Positions 1-9,093 of a stretch of 64,000 bases of DNA are shown in pieces (positions within the stretch are counted from its first letter, which is position 1; each line of letters starts with the position of its first letter). Source of the stretch: Vicinamibacterales bacterium (lineage in GTDB: Bacteria; Acidobacteriota; Vicinamibacteria; Vicinamibacterales; UBA8438). The DNA is taken from contig CBDBMY010000008.1 of NCBI GenBank assembly GCA_965207675.1, positions 344,291-408,290 on the forward strand, read 5' to 3'. Made by a program: the position numbers and the translations under genes. The notes below the pieces were generated by a model. The model ran no database searches. It was not told the origin of the DNA and was given only the letters and a program-made list of their open reading frames with translations.

Positions 1-413
1 CGGCGAACTCCGTCGAGTGGCTCCACCCGCGCGCGCCCTGGTAGAACACCACCGGCACGATGGGTCGCAATTCCGGCCTCCCCGGTTCGTCTCGGCGCTC
101 GGCTTCCCAGATGCGGCAGCAATAGCGCAGCAGCCGAAGCCGAAGCCACCGGTCCGGCGACGACTGGTGCTCAAGTAGAAGGTACATCGAAACCGCCTGT
201 CCGGTCGCGGTGTGCCGCACCCGATAGAGCAGGTCGGACTCGCTCCCGTGCAGCTCCTCGTCCACGAAGGTCCCTTCGACCGGAGTCAGCGTCGTCCACT
301 CGAAGCTCTCCCGGATGGTGTCGGGCAGCGCGGTCCGAAGCAGGCTCGCCGCTTCGTCGGCGTCGGAGAACACGGCCCGGAAGAGCCGGTCGTGGGGCTG
401 GTGGAGGTCGGTC
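1..413 (-). CDS. Rpn/YhgA-like PD-(D/E)XK recombination-promoting nuclease (Transposase_31 type), 5' part; continues past the left edge
   Basis: Own minus-strand translation from ATG 413-411: MTDLHQPHDRLFRAVFSDADEAASLLRTALPDTIRESFEWTTLTPVEGTFVDEELHGSESDLLYRVRHTATGQAVSMYLLLEHQSSPDRWLRLRLLRYCCRIW..IVPVVFYQGARGW. HDxxF, D-LL-Y, LLEHQS and VVFYxG are hallmarks of this family. It is absent from the ORF track because it has no stop inside the window. Confidence 0.6.
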
Positions 414-419
414 ATGAGC

Positions 420-716
420 GCGGGCGCCTTGTGGCGCTAGGACGAGCGCCTCCCGGGCGTCCATGACCGCCTCGGCGTCGATCGTCCGCGAGCGGTCCCG
501 GCCGGCCTTGTTCCTGAAGCAGGCCTTGTAGGCCAGCGCCTTGACCAGCCACGGCTGGCCCCAGGACCCCGGGACTGGTCCCGCACCACGGCGAGCGCGC
601 CCTCGGTGGACGCCTGTCCGGTCTCTTCGGTGTGCTGGCCGGAGCAGGGCGCGCATGTCGGCCTCGTCGAAGTCGCCCAGCCGTAGCGACTCCGCCTTGA
701 TGTTGTAGCGCATTCG
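420..716 (-). pseudogene. Frameshifted, truncated fragment resembling the C-terminal region of a large P-loop ATPase family
   Basis: Minus strand reads ..YNIKAESLRLGDFDEADMRALL.., then changes frame to ..QHTEETGQASTEGALAVVRDQSRG.., then to ..GQPWLVKALAYKACFRNKAGRDRSRTIDAEAVMDAREALVL. I recognise this only from memory as a conserved ATPase tail. No P-loop part is present, and the fragment runs into the Rpn start. Confidence 0.3.
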
Positions 717-907
717 GCCGAGAAGGCGGCGGGGCGCGCGGATCAGCGGCTACGCGGCGAGGACGACACGGCAAGACCAGCCCCACAGAGCGGGGGCGAA
801 GGACGCCCGCGGGCCAGCGACCCGCGGGACGACGCCGTCGGCGGGCGGCGCGACGAGGAACAGAATCCCGACCGTCGCGACGGCGGTACTGCTGGGCCGC
901 ACGCCGC

Positions 908-1702
908 TCAGGCGCGAACCGCGCCGCCGGCGGCGACCGCACGACCAGCGTGCGTCAACTGCTGCGCCGTCGTCCGCCCGGGTACGCGCTCGCCCCGGAC
1001 GATAGACGCCGCGAGGCGGCGAACCGCCGTCAGCGACCGCGGTCGATACCGCGTCTGCTCGACCACCACGTTGATGTGTCGAGTCCCGGACGGGGCCCAC
1101 CTGTGCAGATGCCCGTGCACGTTCACGCAACCTTCCGGAACATCGCGAAGAGGCACATGGGTCAACAGCAACTCCGGGCTGCCCGGCACGTAGACCGTGC
1201 TGTAGATCTCGTCGAAACCCTCGACATGTCCGGCGACCGTGCCGTCGAACTCGTGATTGCCGAGGACCAGCACCTTCCTGCCCGGCGCCGCCCGGAAGCG
1301 CTTCAGCCGACGGCCCGAGAGGCCGCCGATCGTGACATCGCCCAAGAACACGACCGTGTCGCCGGGGTCCACCACCCGCCGCCATGCGCCGAACAGGGCG
1401 TCGTCCATCTCCTCCGGCGTCCAGAAGGGCCTCCCGAAAACGCTGATCGTCATGGCGTGTCCGAGGTGGAGATCGCTCCACAACCAGACGCCGGGATGGT
1501 CCTGCTCGCGCAGTTCGCCCGGCGGCGTGCGCCTTGACGCGGAGAGCAGACACCACAGGCCCTGGCGCTCCTCTGACGCGACACCGAGGTTGCCGACTTC
1601 GTATCGAAGCTCCGTCTCGTACAGGGCTTTCAGACTCTCAGACGTCACGACGTCCACCTCTCCCGGAGAACATACACTCCCTTGGCGGTCGCGCATCCGC
1701 AC
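908..1702 (-). CDS. Calcineurin-like metallophosphoesterase, COG4186-like (MPE1)
   Basis: SDLHLGH, GDTVVFLGDV, VLVLGNHE, LLLTHVP and VNVHGHLH are the phosphoesterase motifs in canonical order. It is a paralog of 3054-3801 and 20533-20960. Alignment with the paralog suggests the true start lies near VTSESLKALYE (~1650). Confidence 0.85.
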   Translation of the reverse strand: MRMRDRQGSVCSPGEVDVVTSESLKALYETELRYEVGNLGVASEERQGLWCLLSASRRTPPGELREQDHPGVWLWSDLHLGHAMTISVFGRPFWTPEEMDDALFGAWRRVVDPGDTVVFLGDVTIGGLSGRRLKRFRAAPGRKVLVLGNHEFDGTVAGHVEGFDEIYSTVYVPGSPELLLTHVPLRDVPEGCVNVHGHLHRWAPSGTRHINVVVEQTRYRPRSLTAVRRLAASIVRGERVPGRTTAQQLTHAGRAVAAGGAVRA

Positions 1703-2121
1703 GATTCGCGGCGACCACTACCTTATCGACCGGGACACGGACGAGGTCGTGCGGCTGGACAAGCGCCCCACGGCGCGGGATCTCGGGCGACGGCAGGCCG
1801 AGGCGGCCGATGCGAAACGCCCGACGGCCCAACACCGCGGCGACCGAGGGGCCCCCGACCGTCCACTGAGGCGGAACCTCCGGGCCGAACGGGACACGCT
1901 CGACCGGATCCCTGTCCGAGCCGTTTCGACAGCTCCGCGCCGCGCCGCGGCCTCGCGGGCCATCAGGGAGAGGTGGCGCAGGTTCTCCTTCCGACCCCGG
2001 CCTTCACCATGCGGTCGAGCTGATGGCGTACGCGCCGTCGAGCTGAACCGGGGCCATCGACGATGCCGCTCCCGAGCCATGTTCGGCGTGGAGGCGCCCG
2101 CCGTTCCGCAGGCTCCCGCAC

Positions 2122-3057
2122 TCACGGCGCCGCCGCAGGCCCGGCGGCGTTCCCGGCCGTGCGGGCCTCGTCCGGCGGGTCGACGTCGATGCCGTCGGCC
2201 GCGATCGCGTCGCGGGCGAGCCCGCAGAAGTCCCGGGCCGTCCCGGCCCACCCGGCCGCGTCGTCGATCGTCGGCTCGGCGGCCCTGTCCGGGTTCCAGT
2301 CGACCTCCGCCTTCCAGGCCTCCCAGAGGGTTCGGATGCGATCTCGCCAACCGGGGTCCAGCACCCCGGGCTCGATCAGGTGCCGCTCGACGCTCGCCGG
2401 GAGGTCCCTGCGGCGCACCACGCTCACGCCCCTCGCGAGGCACCACGCCATGGCCGAGAAGAAGACCGCGTCGAAGGCGGGGCGGGCCGCGATGCTGGCC
2501 GCGATGCCGGGGGCGTCGAACGGCCCGTCCTTCAGCCACTCGATGTGGCGTTCAAGTACCTCGAGGTCGCCCCGGGCCTTCTTCAGCCAGACCGGCACGG
2601 CGTGCCGGATGCCCTTCCGGGTAACCGGCGGGCGCTCGCCCTGCGGTCTGCGCGCCGGCCGGCGGACCGGGTGAATCTGGACGCCCTCGGCCTCGACGTT
2701 CCTCGGGAACGGCAGCTCCCTGTCGATGTCCCGGCGCCAGTCGGCCCCGGTCCGGACCACGACGTTGTGGTCGACGCCGTCGGGGTCGTCGTCGCCGTAG
2801 ATCAGGTCCCGCGCGCGCCGGACGGCGTCCGGGGCTTCTCCGACGAGCACAAGGACATCGACGTCGCTCGCCGGCCCGGCGTCGCCCCGCGCCTTCGACC
2901 CGTAGACCACGAGCCGCTCGAGGAGCCCGCCGGGCGCCTGCTTCAGCCGTTCGAGGTAGCTTTCGAGCCACAGCCTCTCGTCCGTTTCGAGCGCCGGCAA
3001 GCCGCGGGGCTCCGCCGCCGCGCGTCCGCGCCCGGCGACGCCGGGTCGGCCGGTCAA
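2122..3057 (-). CDS. Minimal nucleotidyltransferase (Pol-beta type) fused to a HEPN/KNTase_C-like helical domain
   Basis: LERLVVYGSKARGDAGPASDVDVLVLV matches the GS-x(9-12)-D-x-D NTase motif. The C-terminal ~170 aa are all-helical (WLKKARGDLEVLERHIEW..AFDAVFFSAMAWCLARG..). There is no ATG; a TTG at 3057 overlaps the TGA of the upstream MPE gene (TTGA), so the start is tentative. This is the lower part of track ORF 2122..3933. Confidence 0.65.
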   Translation of the reverse strand: MTGRPGVAGRGRAAAEPRGLPALETDERLWLESYLERLKQAPGGLLERLVVYGSKARGDAGPASDVDVLVLVGEAPDAVRRARDLIYGDDDPDGVDHNVVVRTGADWRRDIDRELPFPRNVEAEGVQIHPVRRPARRPQGERPPVTRKGIRHAVPVWLKKARGDLEVLERHIEWLKDGPFDAPGIAASIAARPAFDAVFFSAMAWCLARGVSVVRRRDLPASVERHLIEPGVLDPGWRDRIRTLWEAWKAEVDWNPDRAAEPTIDDAAGWAGTARDFCGLARDAIAADGIDVDPPDEARTAGNAAGPAAAP

Positions 3058-3801
3058 GGCGCGTCCCCCTGTCCGGCGGCGGTTCCGGCGTCCGGCCAGC
3101 CCTTCGCCCAGGCGATGAAGAGGTCGGTCGTGGCGTTCCCGCCCAGGGGCGCCCGGTCCAGGCGGCGGGCCAGCCTGCGCACGTCCGCCACGGGGATCGG
3201 CCGGTAGCCGATCTGCTCGACGCACACGTTGATCCGGGTGTCGTCTACCGACGTCTTCCGGTGGACGTGCCCGTGGACGTTCACGTAGCCGGCGGGCAGG
3301 TCGTCCAGGGGCACATGGGTGAAGAGCAGGTGGGGCCTCGCCCGCCAGGTGGGCGCAGGCCACCACCGCGAACGCCCGCCGGAGGCGGCGGATGTGGGGG
3401 TGGTCGTGGTTCCCGGCCACGAGGATCTTGCGGCCGGGCCTGCGCCGGAGGCGGTCGATCAGGCCGTCGGTCGGGCGGCCCATCGCGACGTCGCCCAGAC
3501 AGATCACCGTCTCGCGGTCCAGCACGTCGCGCGTCCAGTGCTCCAGCAGGTAGCCGTCGCCGTGGTGGCAGCCCCGGAACGGGCGGCCGAAGACGGCGAC
3601 GCTCGCCCCGTGTTCGAAGTGCGGATCGGAGAACACCCACGTCCGGTGTTCGTCCCGCGGGCGCAACGTCACGCCCAGCAGCCGTCTGGATGCGGCCAGC
3701 ACGGCCGCGGCGGCGTGCCGGTCGTGGGCGGGGATGCGCCCGTCCGCGACCTGGGCGGTCAGTTGCGCCTCGTAGATCCGTTGAAGCTCGAACTCGTTCA
3801 T
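3054..3801 (-). pseudogene. Metallophosphoesterase paralog (MPE2) with one frameshift
   Basis: MNEFELQRIYEAQL..WVFSDPHFEHG..VICLGDV..ILVAGNHD is followed by a frame change near 3325-3335 to ..HLLFTHVPLDDLPAGYVNVHGHVHR..INVCVEQIGYRPIPVADVRRLARRL. The gene is collinear with MPE1. It is split between track ORFs 2122..3933 and 3054..3314. An assembly error cannot be excluded. Confidence 0.7.
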
Positions 3802-3888
3802 GCCCGTTTCATGACGGAACCGTCCGGCCGGCGATCCCAGCGCCTTCGCCGCGGACGGGCGCTGCCCGGACCGCCGCCGCTCGGCCCG

Positions 3889-3933
3889 GGTCCGCACCCA
3901 CGACAGCGCCGCGTGCGCCGACTCCCTCATCAC
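3889..3933 (-). pseudogene. lon: Short Lon protease fragment (segment preceding the Ser box)
   Basis: It encodes VMRESAHAALSWVRT. Nucleotides 3897-3935 are almost identical to 16498-16536 of the intact lon, which encodes VMKESAHAALSWVRA. Confidence 0.6.
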
Positions 3934-3935
3934 GC

Positions 3936-4133
3936 GGCATCAAGGAGAAGGTGCTGGCCGCCCGCCGCGCCGGACTGGCGCGGGTCGTCCTGCCGAAGCA
4001 GAACGAGAGCCGGGGCGAGGACGATCTCGGCGACGACCTGCGGCGCGAGATCGGCGTGCGGTACGTGTCGACGATCGACGAGGCGCTCGATCTGGCGCTG
4101 TCGCCGCCGGCGGCGGGGCAGGCCGAGGGGTAG
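3936..4133 (+). pseudogene. lon: Lon protease C-terminal fragment (Lys box to stop), inverted relative to the adjacent fragment
   Basis: GIKEKVLAARRAGLARVVLPKQNESRGEDDLGDDLRREIGVRYVSTIDEALDLAL aligns position for position with the last ~65 aa of the intact Lon (GVKEKVLAARRCGLAGVILPTANASEVDEKLGEDLLRGIDVRFVSTIDEMLARAL). The Ser box PKDGPSAG is missing. Confidence 0.7.
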
Positions 4134-4216
4134 ACGGGCTACGCGCCGGCCCGGCGCCGCCGCTCGCCGTCGACGACGGGCCATCCGCCACGCATGGGGT
4201 GGGTCCGGCGTCCCCG

Positions 4217-4600
4217 TCAACGCTTCCGTCCGCCGTCGGTGCGTTCCCGTTCGGCGGCGCCCCGTTCCACCGGCTTCCGTGCCCGTTCGAGGGGCGGCCG
4301 ATGCGTCTCCGGCGGGGGCGGGTCCGTCCGGTTCCTCGGCGGGTCGATGTCGGGGTATTGCGTCCTGCGGTCGTCCAATCGTCCGATGAACTCCGCGGGA
4401 TCGAACCCGATGGCCTTCGCCACCTCCATGAACTCGACGACGTCGAGCCGTCTCTCGCCTCCCTCGTACTTGGCGACGAACGACTGGGGCCGGTTCAGGT
4501 GGCCCGCGAGTCGGGCCTGGGTCAAGCCCGCGGCAATGCGCATCTTCTTCAACTGACGTCTGAAGTGAGCGGTTCTGGGCCCGAAGCTTGACCTCGGCAC
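4217..4600 (-). CDS. XRE-family helix-turn-helix transcriptional regulator
   Basis: LKKMRIAAGLTQARLAGHLNRPQSFVAKYEGGERRLDVVEFMEVAKAIG is a classic Cro/C1-type HTH followed by the ..E.G.R.. pattern. The C-terminal tail is Pro/Arg-rich. Confidence 0.85.
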   Translation of the reverse strand: MPRSSFGPRTAHFRRQLKKMRIAAGLTQARLAGHLNRPQSFVAKYEGGERRLDVVEFMEVAKAIGFDPAEFIGRLDDRRTQYPDIDPPRNRTDPPPPETHRPPLERARKPVERGAAERERTDGGRKR

Positions 4601-4870
4601 CCGTTCCGTTTACGCTGGTTCGCCCGATATCCCATATTGGGATGTCCGGGTCTGCAAGGCCTCGGGTCCGGGACCATGGGTTGAACGAGCGGCGCCCGTT
4701 CCATGTGGATTTCGTGTTCAAATATCCCATAGTAGGATATTTCGGCGATCCGTGGGGGGCCCCGCCGTCCGGTGTGTGCGTCAACGCATTACCGGAGGAG
4801 CAACGAGAGTGACAAGCCGCCCGCAGCTTCGGGATCGCGCCGTCCGGTGAGAGCCGGCTTTCGGTGCTGA

Positions 4871-5398
4871 ATGGCCGTGCAGCCGGCATTCGGAACCTCG
4901 GATCACGAAGGAGGACGAACCGTGTACGACATCCTGATCCGTTCACGTCGACACCAACAGCCGCAGCCGCTCCCGAAGGCACGTGTTCGGACTCGCCGCA
5001 ACGCTGTGACCTCGGTTCTCCTCGCCGCGTTCATGGTTCTGCCCGTCGTCGCCAGCGGCCAGAGCGGTCCGGCGGATCGAGCCCGCGAGGCCCCTCCGTC
5101 CGCCGCCGCCCCGACTTCCGCAGCTCTCGACATCGATCGCCTGGTCGCCGCGGCCGCGGATCGCGGCGTCCTGCTCCAACGCTCCCGGCCCGGCCAGGGC
5201 GGCAATTCGAACGCGAACACCATGAGGTGGGTCGGGATCGCCATGCTCGGTGCCGGGGGCCTGTTGGCCGTCAACGGGGCGCTCGCCACCTGCGGCACGA
5301 TCGACAGTGGCGTTTACCGCGAAACCGGCATGTGCGGGGGCCGCGTCATCGTCGGAGGCGGCGTCGCCGCTCTAGGGGCGTGGTTGATGACCCGATGA
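4871..5398 (+). CDS. Hypothetical membrane/secreted protein
   Basis: This is a track ORF. It has a hydrophobic N-terminal segment (VTSVLLAAFMVLPVVASGQ) and C-terminal Gly/Ala-rich hydrophobic helices (MRWVGIAMLGAGGLLAVNGALA, VIVGGGVAALGAWLM). The true start is probably internal. I recognise no family. Confidence 0.4.
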   Translation: MAVQPAFGTSDHEGGRTVYDILIRSRRHQQPQPLPKARVRTRRNAVTSVLLAAFMVLPVVASGQSGPADRAREAPPSAAAPTSAALDIDRLVAAAADRGVLLQRSRPGQGGNSNANTMRWVGIAMLGAGGLLAVNGALATCGTIDSGVYRETGMCGGRVIVGGGVAALGAWLMTR

Positions 5399-5551
5399 AC
5401 TGCGCTCCCTTCGCCGGGCGCTCGATCCCCGCATCGAGGTCGGCGGACCGCCGAATCGATGCGGCAGGACGGCTGGATGCGGTTGCCGCGGCGGCGTGAG
5501 CCGTCCGGAACGAGGGAATGCCGACCTCGCAGTTCCGATGGAGGTGCAGAT

Positions 5552-6460
5552 ATGAGGGCGATCTGGGGTGTACTCGCGGCGAGTGTTCTTGCGTCGGCGG
5601 TGCCCGACGCGGCCTGGGCGCAGGACAGGTTCATCCTCCTCGCGACGAATCGGACGGGCACGATGGAGGACGAACTCAACGCGGCCGGCGCCGACGGGTA
5701 CCGTTTCGTCGGTACCCAGGGCGGCGAGACGGCCTTCGGCGGCAGCGAGGTGGTCGTCATCATGGAGCGCGACCCGGAGGGTCGACGCTACCGCTACATG
5801 CTGTTGGCGACGAGCCGCACGGCGACGATGGAGCAGGAGCTCAACAGCGTCCCCCCGGAGTTCGAAGTCGTCGGCATGACGATCTTCGACTCCACGTTCG
5901 GGGGCGACGAGTCGGCGGTGATTCTGCAGGCCGAGGCGTCCGCGTTCACCACGTCATCGAACTCGTCCTCCGCCACCGCGTCCGGGGGGCGGCCCGACGC
6001 CCCGACGGCTCGGGAGTCGAACATCTACCTCGTTGCGGAGGACGGCTCCCGCCGACTGGTTGCGCCGAGCGCCGTCCGGCGCATCGAGGAGGAAGCCGGA
6101 GGGTTGTTCAGCCGGTCGAAGCTGTTCGCGATCCTCGCCGGGCTCGACGCCCCGACCAGAACCTCAGACCACTATCAGACCTTCGATTTCGAGACGGCGG
6201 ATCGGGGCGCCATCGACGAACTGGTGCTCGTCCGGTTCTACGAAGAGGCCGACTACGGCGAGCGCACGTTCGACGTCCTGCCCGGCGGCGTCAACCTGGA
6301 AGCGGTGATTCCACTCAGCACCGAGCTGCTCGACGACGGGATGTACCGCCTCCGGCCGGCCGAGCCCCTCGGTCTCGGCGAGTTCGGCTTCATCCGCCTC
6401 GAGACGGGTGAGGACATCACCCGGGGCTTGACGGTTCACGATTTCGGGGTTGAGCCCTGA
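5552..6460 (+). CDS. Secreted protein with internal duplication
   Basis: ATG 5552 follows GGAGGTG. The signal peptide is MRAIWGVLAASVLASAVPDAAWAQ. There is a duplicated module: RFILLATNRTGTMEDELNAAGADGYRFVG and YRYMLLATSRTATMEQELNSVPPEFEVVG. Confidence 0.7.
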   Translation: MRAIWGVLAASVLASAVPDAAWAQDRFILLATNRTGTMEDELNAAGADGYRFVGTQGGETAFGGSEVVVIMERDPEGRRYRYMLLATSRTATMEQELNSVPPEFEVVGMTIFDSTFGGDESAVILQAEASAFTTSSNSSSATASGGRPDAPTARESNIYLVAEDGSRRLVAPSAVRRIEEEAGGLFSRSKLFAILAGLDAPTRTSDHYQTFDFETADRGAIDELVLVRFYEEADYGERTFDVLPGGVNLEAVIPLSTELLDDGMYRLRPAEPLGLGEFGFIRLETGEDITRGLTVHDFGVEP

Positions 6461-6489
6461 AGCCCGCGCACTGATCTCCCAGCAGCGCC

Positions 6490-7275
6490 ATGGTGCGGGC
6501 CGACCAAAGGTCAAGGGAGATGACGAAAGAGCAAGGACAATCGGAAGCTCATTCGACCGGACTGAGGACACCGGCCACGACACCGGCCATGCCTTCCGGC
6601 GGCGCCGACACCGAGGCCGATGCGCCCGGCAGGGTCGTCGCGGCGGTGAACGCTAGCACTGACCGCATCCTCCGAGCCTTCGACGAGAAAATCAGGTACG
6701 ACACGACCAAACAGCAGGCAATCGACCGTCAGCACGCCGAACTCGTGGACCACCGCCGCGATCTGGTTGCTCAAGCCGCCGCCCCGTTCGTCTTCGGCAT
6801 GATTCACCACCACGCAGAGATCGAAAAGCTTATCGTGGCGGTGCGCGAGGAATCCGCACCGCCCTCGCCGCCCGGCCGGCCGCGCCCGCTGGCGCGGATT
6901 CTGCCGTGTCTGACCCGCGCGTGGAATCGGTGGACCATGCCCCGGCCCCGTGGCACGAACCCAAGCGGCGGCGATGTTCCGCCCGTCCGAGCCGAAATGC
7001 CCGCGGCCAAGGTCTGCGAGTTGTTGTCGAGTCTGCAGGAGGACATCGAGCACGTGCTGGGCGAGAACGGCGTCGCCGCGTACCGCCCCGAAGTCAGCCA
7101 ACCGTTCGATCCGGAACGTCACCGGGTCGTAGGCAAGACGCGGCCAACCGACGACGAAGCCCGTTCCGGCACCATCGCTGCCTGCCGGGGGCCCGGGTTC
7201 GAGCGTGGAGGACGGATTCTCGTAAAGGCACCCGTGTCGGCCTATCGGTACGAACGGACGTCGCCGGATTCCTAA
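6490..7275 (+). CDS. GrpE-like nucleotide exchange factor (divergent)
   Basis: The C-terminus (..VLGENGVAAYRPEVSQPFDPERHRVVGKTRPTDDEARSGTIAACRGPGFERGGRILVKAPVSAYRY) fits the GrpE beta-domain pattern (G-V..I..G..FDP..H.A....G.I....GY...R.LR.A.V.V). The N-terminal part is helical (FDEKIRYDTTKQQAIDRQHAELV). There is an unusual Pro-rich insert. The gene sits immediately upstream of an Hsp70 gene. An alternative start is at 6520. Confidence 0.65.
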   Translation: MVRADQRSREMTKEQGQSEAHSTGLRTPATTPAMPSGGADTEADAPGRVVAAVNASTDRILRAFDEKIRYDTTKQQAIDRQHAELVDHRRDLVAQAAAPFVFGMIHHHAEIEKLIVAVREESAPPSPPGRPRPLARILPCLTRAWNRWTMPRPRGTNPSGGDVPPVRAEMPAAKVCELLSSLQEDIEHVLGENGVAAYRPEVSQPFDPERHRVVGKTRPTDDEARSGTIAACRGPGFERGGRILVKAPVSAYRYERTSPDS

Positions 7276-7343
7276 AGGCTCCGATCCGACACCTGCGGCC
7301 AACACGGTCCACCGACCGGCAGTCATCGAAAGGACGTCACGAC

Positions 7344-9032
7344 ATGGCCACGGCCGACAAGAGCAACCCCGTCTTCGGCATCGACCTCGGGACCACGTAC
7401 TCGTGCATAGCGTACGTCAACGACGCTGGCAAGACCGAGGTCATCCCCAACTCAGACGGCGACCTCACCACGCCTTCCGTCGTCTACTTCGAGGATGCCC
7501 GGAACGTCGTCGTGGGCCAAACCGCCAAGGACGCGCTGCCGACGAATCCCGAGCGAGTGATCTCCCTGGTCAAGAGACGGATGGGAGACAAGGACGCGAA
7601 GTTCGAGGGCGTGACCGACGCGCCGCTGACGCCGCACGAGATATCGGCGCACGTTCTCCGGAGGCTCGTCCAAGACGCGCAGGACTACACACGTCGGGAG
7701 GACCCGATCACAGACGTTGTCATCACCTGCCCCGCCTACTTCGGATTCGCAGAGAAGGAGGCAACCCGCCAGGCTGGGGAAATCGCCGGCCTGAACGTGC
7801 GCCACGTCATCCCGGAACCGACCGCCGCGGCCATCTCCTACGGCATGATCGACGCGTCCCGCGACGAGACGGTGCTCGTGTATGACCTCGGAGGGGGCAC
7901 CTTCGACGTGACCGTTATCGACGTAAAGAAGGGCGACATCGAGGTCGTTTGTGTGGACGGAGACCACGATCTCGGCGGTGCCAACTGGGATGAGGACGTC
8001 GCAACGTGGTTTGCCGAGAAGTTCTCCAAGGAGCACCATACACCGACCACCAAGCTGATGAGCGACGCCGAAGCTTGGCAGGAATTGCTCGCATTGGCAG
8101 AAAAGGCCAAGAAATCCCTGACGGCCAGGAACAAATATACCGCGAGAATAACCCACGGCACCAAGCGATCGCAGGTCGAGCTCACCCGGGAAGAATTCGA
8201 CCACATCACCGGCGGCCAGCTTGAAACCACCATCATGGCGACGAAGAACGTCCTCAAGCATGCGCGGGAGAAGGGCCGCAGCAAGTTGGACAAAATACTA
8301 TTGGTCGGCGGGTCGACGTATATGCCTCAGGTCATGGAGCGCCTGAAGCGGGAGTTTCCCGAGGTTCCCGACATCGGCCTGCTCGACCCGAACCAAGCGG
8401 TGGCCAAGGGTGCCGCGGTGTTCGGCTACAAGTGCTATCTCGACGACGCGGTCGCGCGCAAGGTCTCGGAGCAGACGGGCGTTGAGGCTCCGGCGGTCGA
8501 GGATCTGTCCGATGCGGTGCGCGAACGCGCGGAGGCGAGCGTCGCGGCCGAAGAAGGGCTGCAACTTGCCCGAATGCAGAGCTTGACACGCAAGGAGATC
8601 CAAAACGTGACATCCAAGAGTTTCGGCACCAAGGTCTTCGACAGCGATACGGGCACAAGCTACGTCCACAACCTGATCGTGGCGGACGACAAGGTGCCGA
8701 CGGAGGTGACCGAGGGCTTCTTTACCGTGGAGGAAAACCAGACCGGGGTCGACGTGGTGTGTCTGGAGAACATTCTGCGTCAATCGGGGCGGGTCGATGT
8801 CGATGCATGTACCGAGATCGGGAAAGCGGAGCTGAAGTTCGCCAGACCTCTCCCCGCGCAGTCCCCGGTGCAGATTCGCTATGCGCTGTCCGCCGATGGG
8901 CTTCTCTCCGTGCACGGGAAGGACCCGACCACCGGAGGTGAAGTTCAGATGGAGATCGCAACCGCAGCGATCCTGAGCGCCGGCGAGGTTGAGGAAAAGA
9001 GACGCCGGAGCGGGGCGATGAAGGTGAGCTGA
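7344..9032 (+). CDS. Hsp70-family ATPase lacking the helical lid (non-canonical DnaK paralog)
   Basis: GIDLGTTYSCIAY, DLGGGTFDV, LLVGGSTYMPQV and DPNQAVAKGAA are the Hsp70 ATPase motifs. A beta-sandwich substrate-binding domain is present (..NLIVADDKVPTEVTEGFFTVEENQTGVDVVCLEN..PAQSPVQIRYALSADGLLSVHGKDPTTGGE). The protein ends ~25 aa after it, with no lid and no EEVD. GAAAGGA lies upstream of the ATG. Confidence 0.95.
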   Translation: MATADKSNPVFGIDLGTTYSCIAYVNDAGKTEVIPNSDGDLTTPSVVYFEDARNVVVGQTAKDALPTNPERVISLVKRRMGDKDAKFEGVTDAPLTPHEISAHVLRRLVQDAQDYTRREDPITDVVITCPAYFGFAEKEATRQAGEIAGLNVRHVIPEPTAAAISYGMIDASRDETVLVYDLGGGTFDVTVIDVKKGDIEVVCVDGDHDLGGANWDEDVATWFAEKFSKEHHTPTTKLMSDAEAWQELLALAEKAKKSLTARNKYTARITHGTKRSQVELTREEFDHITGGQLETTIMATKNVLKHAREKGRSKLDKILLVGGSTYMPQVMERLKREFPEVPDIGLLDPNQAVAKGAAVFGYKCYLDDAVARKVSEQTGVEAPAVEDLSDAVRERAEASVAAEEGLQLARMQSLTRKEIQNVTSKSFGTKVFDSDTGTSYVHNLIVADDKVPTEVTEGFFTVEENQTGVDVVCLENILRQSGRVDVDACTEIGKAELKFARPLPAQSPVQIRYALSADGLLSVHGKDPTTGGEVQMEIATAAILSAGEVEEKRRRSGAMKVS

Positions 9033-9093
9033 TGTTCGAAGGGGCGGCGCCAGTTGCGCCGGCCGTGGAGAACCGGCGCTGAAGGTGCAATTG

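Noticed and set aside
2122-3933. A single 603-aa gene, as given in the ORF track
   Set aside because: Its translation is a chimera of a Lon fragment, the N-terminal half of MPE2, out-of-frame sequence, and the NTase-HEPN protein. Comparison with paralog MPE1 and ORF 3054..3314 shows a frameshift and separate genes.
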